A stretch of DNA of 64,000 bases. It comes from Nitrosopumilus sp. (GTDB lineage: Archaea > Thermoproteota > Nitrososphaeria > Nitrososphaerales > Nitrosopumilaceae). The notes beneath the pieces are model-generated. The model worked only from the letters and a program-made list of their open reading frames with translations, was not told the DNA's origin and searched no databases. Positions 59,849-64,000 of this stretch are shown in pieces. The DNA lies in NCBI GenBank assembly GCA_963662625.1, contig OY759726.1, positions 1,504,001-1,568,000 on the forward strand, read 5' to 3'. Position numbers and translations under genes: made by a program. Numbering within the stretch: the first letter of the stretch is position 1; each line of letters opens with the position of its first letter.

Positions 59849-62258
59849 TTAAGCGTTACTTGGTTGAGGCGGTCCGACATAATCGGCGACGAATTTTTCA
59901 ACTTCTGCGAGGTGGCTTAAACAGAACACGCGGCCGTTGCCTGGGACATCATAAAACTGCTCCTGCCTGTCAGAAGTAAAATACATTAATTTATCGTATG
60001 GGATATTTGCCGCTTGCAAATTTTTGATTTTGCGATTAATTACTTCAAGAATGTTAGAGCTGTCTCCCTGCTTGGTGACTTCTGCAAGAATTAAGCGTTT
60101 ATCTGTAGTTACGGCGATCACATCAATTTCTAAACCGGGTCGAATTTCGCCGTTTTCGTACATTTGAATTTTTTTATGAACATATATCTTTTCAATAAAA
60201 TCTAATTTTGCTAACGCAAACCCAATGAACACTTCATAAATCCAACTGCTGTCAAAAACTAATAGCCCTTCTAATATCTTGGGATAATTAACATCGATTT
60301 TATGTATAACGCCCTTGCCTCCGCACAGCTTACATTCAGAAATCAAGTCCAATTTCTGAATACGGGACACCTGGTAGCTAAACGGCAGTTGGTTATGTTC
60401 GTACCAGCAATCAAGGCACTTGGATTCGATAGATAAAGTAACATGTTTGGCTAACTTACCCAGCGCCGTCGAAATTTGTTGCTTCTGATCAGGCAATTTC
60501 AAGAATTTGTTGCTCATGGAAATGGAGTTTTGTCTTGCTTTTTTGGATAAACTCGCATATTTTTCCACATCAGCTAGGATCTGATGTTCGTAGGCATATT
60601 CACTAAATGTCTGATACGTATCGGTGTTAATGTCTTCTAATTTTTGATTATCTTTCAGAGCTTTTTGAACACTATCTGTAAAATCATCAAAAGTGGACGT
60701 TCTTGATTTTAACACGCGTGAAACTTCAGAATTTGAAGATATGGTATCAAAAGTGGCAGAAAAGATATTTTTCCATACTTCAAAAATTTCCTTTTGGTGT
60801 ATGCTCATTCGTTTCTCTAGAGTGACGCTCACAAATAATTTCTCCCCTGGGAGGTCGCACTGCAGAAAAGCCTGTTGATCGCCGGATCGCCGAACCATCC
60901 ATGGACGAGACCGACAGGAAACTACGGGACCTGACGGAGGCCATGCGCGCAGGGAGGGACGCCAGGATCCGCAACAGGACGGTGGCAGTGCGCGGGGTGC
61001 CCGGCGGATACCCCGCGAGTGACGCCGCGTACTTTGCGGACGCGGGACAGCGCACCGTCCGCCTGCGGGCGGGACGGCCCGGCGACGGCGGCGCCGGCGG
61101 CCTCCGGGACATTCCCGGCAGGGGAAGGAACCCGCGCGTCCGGTACGGCCCCATGGGCGGGCCTGCAGGCAGGCCCGGCCGCACGGGCATGCCCGCGCCG
61201 GGGAGGCCCCGCGACGGGACGCGCCGGAAGCCCGGGCGCGCGCACGGCCCGCGCGGCGCGCGCGGGATCACGGGGGAACCGGGGCTCTCCCCCAAGGGGC
61301 CCACGACAGGTTACGCCGCGGCCGCAGACGACGACACGGTGCGGCGGCGGCGGGCCGACGCGGCAGGCGCGGTTGCGTGCGCAAGGAGGCGCAAGACGGC
61401 GACAGTCGCGCAGGACGGGCCCGCCTCCGCCGGGACGGGAACCGACGGCAGGAGGCTCTGGTCCCGCGCAGGGGAGGGGGCCGCCGCCGGCAGGCCCGGC
61501 AGGAGGGACAGGGCAGCCGCGTGCGGCTCCCCCGCGGCCGACGGGACGGGGCCGGTGCGGCCGTGCGGCAGGTCCGGCGGGGACACCTTCCTGACGTACC
61601 CCAGGGAGATCCGGCGCGAGCGGGGGCGCGCGCTGGTGATAACGGGCAACGCGGGGCAGCACAGGGCGGCGGACGTGAGGGAATACCTGCGGGACCACCG
61701 AGAGATCGGGGTGCCGTGCCTTCCCACCGCCACGCCGAAGCCCAGCGCGGTCGAGGCCGTGTGGAAGGAGGCAAAGTACGGGCTGGTCACGTCAAGGCAC
61801 TACGAGACGCTGGATGGACTGAAGCGTGCGGTCTCGGAGTATTTCAGGACGTGCCCGATCAGGGTGGACATCTACAAGTTCCTATACCGTTCCATCTGAA
61901 GGGAAATTTTCAATGATCGTCACTATAGTTTCTCGTTTTGTTGTTTGTAGTCAGCTCTTTCTTCCAGGCTTTGCGCAAAATTGTAAGAAGGATCTAAACA
62001 GAAAGGATAGCTCATAACAATGCCAGAAGGCCCATAACCTGTCAAGTTAGAATCGGACTCAAGAAATAAAAATTTCAGCAATATTGGATTATCTGCTACT
62101 TCGAGAACAATTTTAGAACTAATACTTTCTAAACCTTTAAACGATTCAAAAAGAACCTCCTTTTTTGTTTTAACCACGCGTACTCTTTCATTATTTTGTA
62201 GAGTAATGTCAACTTCGGTTAAGAGGTGTGGGATGACCTTTTCATAAGACAATGTCAT
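59849..62258 (-). pseudogene. PD-(D/E)XK-like nuclease gene (about 433 aa) split by an IS630 element
   Basis: Removing 60820-61927 joins ...QQNEKL to EKRMSIHQ... in frame. It has CxxC...CxxC and EIDVIAV...LAEVT motifs. Confidence 0.8.
60820..61925 (+). mobile_element. Full-length but degenerate IS630-family element with a TA target duplication
   Basis: TA at 60818-60819 and 61926-61927. Imperfect terminal inverted repeats GAGTGACGCTCACAAATAATTTC and (reverse complement) TAGTGACGATCATTGAAAATTTC. ORF 60901-61899 has ITGNAGQH and LPTATPKPSAVEAVWKEAK. Confidence 0.88.
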
Positions 62259-62521
62259 CTGTGAGGATTTTTAAGAATAGATTTTCCTCGTTTTGTTAAA
62301 GTCAATTTAAAATCATCGCCCTCTTCATCACTATACACCTTGTTTGATTCAATAATTTTCAGTACCAATAACTTTCTGATCTCGGTTGAAATATTATTTA
62401 CATCTCCATACCTTTCAACAAGCTTAGCGTTATTAATCAGCGTGGAATATGAAACCCCATGGTCAGAAATATACTCCATAATTTGATAAGATAGCAATGG
62501 CGGCTCGCTAATTTCACTCAT
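62255..62521 (-). CDS. Small winged-helix-like protein
   Basis: AT-rich 88-aa ORF (IRKLLVLKII...LTLTKRGK) overlapping the downstream gene by 4 bp. Confidence 0.6.
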   Translation of the reverse strand: MSEISEPPLLSYQIMEYISDHGVSYSTLINNAKLVERYGDVNNISTEIRKLLVLKIIESNKVYSDEEGDDFKLTLTKRGKSILKNPHR

Positions 62522-62683
62522 GTTGAATATTCAAAAAATTACTAATTAAATCTTCGGTAACTGTATGCTAGCCTAATAAACATTGTGTCAATTCTAGTCT
62601 TCTCTATTGTACATAAATTAGGTCGCACTAACTTGAGGAGGCTTGCAAAGGATTACTTTACACTTTACCGATCAAGAAAACCG

Positions 62684-62870
62684 ATGGTAACCAGGCTGAC
62701 CGGAAGGCAGATCAGGTACGCCGTAGCCCAGAGGCAGGAGGGGAGACCGGCTGCGGACATTGCGGCGGAGATCGGGGTGACCGTGAGGCACGCCCGGAGG
62801 CCGTACGCAGAATTCGTCATGACTGGCGCCCCCCACGCGCCGCGCAGGGCCGGGAGGAGGGCGCGCGACA
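62684..62870 (+). mobile_element. Transposase N-terminal HTH remnant (IS481/ISNCY-like)
   Basis: MVTRLTGRQIRY...IAAEIGVTVRHARRPY, then truncated. Confidence 0.55.
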
Positions 62871-63170
62871 TGCCGTTCTCGCTCGTGAACCCGGACGGCG
62901 CCAGGTACAGCGTGTCTGGCGCGCCGGGCCCGTTGCCGGGGACGCCCTGCCAGGTGGCCGCCCTTCCCGCACCGCCTGCAGTGCCCGCTCTCCCTGCCGC
63001 TGCTGCATGAGGGCCAGGCGGGTCGGGACGGCGTCAGCCCGCTACTCACCCGTGTTGACCACCCAGGCGTGGTTGCCACGTGCACTGGATCTGATGATGT
63101 ACTCAGTTGAGGGCGGCGCGGCGGATCCTCGTAGGGCCGCCGGTTGCCGACTCTCGCTAGGCGTCCGCGC

Positions 63171-63449
63171 TCACCCTACCCCGTCCCAGTCTACCTCGGG
63201 GAACATCCCCTCTATCCTCCTCTTGTCCCTGTTCACCGCGTCGATCCTGTCCCTGAGGTGCCTGGCCAGCCTCCCGTCGGCCTCGGCGGCCAGCTCCTCC
63301 TCGGCGCCCGCGATTACCGCGTTCAGCGACCTGTAGTACCTGACGTGCTCCTCCCTCGACGCGGCGGACCTGTCCTCGTCCCTCCCGCCGTCCGTGCCGC
63401 CCGCGGCGCCCCCGCCCCCGCCAGTATCGGCCGCCGTGGCGCGCCTCAC
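63171..63449 (-). CDS. Small hypothetical protein downstream of EF-2
   Basis: SREEHVRYYRSLN...DKRRIEGMFPE, with a GTG start overlapping the EF-2 stop. Confidence 0.65.
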   Translation of the reverse strand: MRRATAADTGGGGGAAGGTDGGRDEDRSAASREEHVRYYRSLNAVIAGAEEELAAEADGRLARHLRDRIDAVNRDKRRIEGMFPEVDWDGVG

Positions 63450-64000
63450 TCCTTGTCTATGAACTCGCCGGCGCCCGGGACCTCGGGGGCCAGCCCCTTC
63501 CTCTTCCTGATGTCCGCTATGGCGGCGGCGTGGATGGACTTTGGGACCTCGGTCCACTCCTTGAACGAGGTGTTCCACGTGGCGCGGCCGGCAGTCTGCC
63601 CCCTCATCTCCTCGGACAGGGTGAACGTCTCGGACGCCGGGATCTCGCCGGTCACTATGCTGGCGGCGCCCTTCTGGACCATGTCCATGACCTTCCCGCG
63701 CTTGCCTGAGAGGACAGTCGCGACGCTGCCCACGAGGTCGGTGGGGACGCGCACCTCTATGGCGAGCATGGGCTCCAGCACGGTGGTGCCCGCCGTCAGC
63801 AGGGCCCCCATGCACGCGCGCCTCGAGGCAGGCCCCAGCTGGGACAGCCCCCTGTGGGCGGTGTCCTCGTGGGGGACGAAGTGCGTGAAGACGAACTTGC
63901 AGTCCCTCATCTGCTCCCTGCACAGCGGCCCCTCCTTCATGACCTCGTCAAAGCCGGAGTTTATCGAGTCGGTGGACTCTTGCACGAACTGGACGCCCTT
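63446..64000 (-). CDS. fusA: Translation elongation factor 2 (aEF-2), C-terminal part; truncated by the window edge
   Basis: EGPLCRE, PHEDTAHRG (diphthamide His), LEPM and MRGQTAGRA. Confidence 0.96.
   Translation of the reverse strand, partial: KGVQFVQESTDSINSGFDEVMKEGPLCREQMRDCKFVFTHFVPHEDTAHRGLSQLGPASRRACMGALLTAGTTVLEPMLAIEVRVPTDLVGSVATVLSGKRGKVMDMVQKGAASIVTGEIPASETFTLSEEMRGQTAGRATWNTSFKEWTEVPKSIHAAAIADIRKRKGLAPEVPGAGEFIDKE

Noticed and set aside
1-64000. tRNA/rRNA genes, integrase or provirus
   Set aside because: I saw no cloverleaf, rRNA-like tract, tyrosine/serine recombinase or capsid gene by eye. The TTCGAATCC near 54431 lies inside a coding remnant. A tRNAscan/Infernal run is still needed to be sure.

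Overview
The window appears to come from a high-GC thaumarchaeote (Nitrosopumilaceae-like, possibly host-associated). This is inferred from the core genes (proS, serB, cofE, trxB, thi4, sir, DRG GTPase, argS, EF-2), a thaumarchaeal-type W-x6-WW-x4-SD-x-EF motif and TATA boxes about 25 nt before starts. Bases 1-32 kb form a defence/accessory region: a type ISP R-M enzyme, a C5 methyltransferase with an HNH nuclease, two Vsr genes, PIN and nucleotidyltransferase-like proteins, an OLD-family nuclease and many decayed IS110/IS3/IS630 relics. The main finding is an AT-rich, intact, tightly packed island at about 17.9-29.4 kb. It encodes NurA, HerA, a 1424-aa P-loop ATPase, an ArcS/DUF5591-like protein, a PUA-less TGT-like transglycosylase, a phospholipase D-type nuclease and a second ATPase, plus one convergent gene. 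I interpret it as a candidate 7-deazaguanine DNA-modification defence system that differs from canonical Dpd and BREX. Bases 32-64 kb are mostly core genes (ergothioneine, sulfur/thiamine, translation, a collagen-like protein) interrupted by small defence insertions, including a nuclease-like gene precisely split by an IS630 element. All family calls are from motif recognition by eye; no database searches were run.
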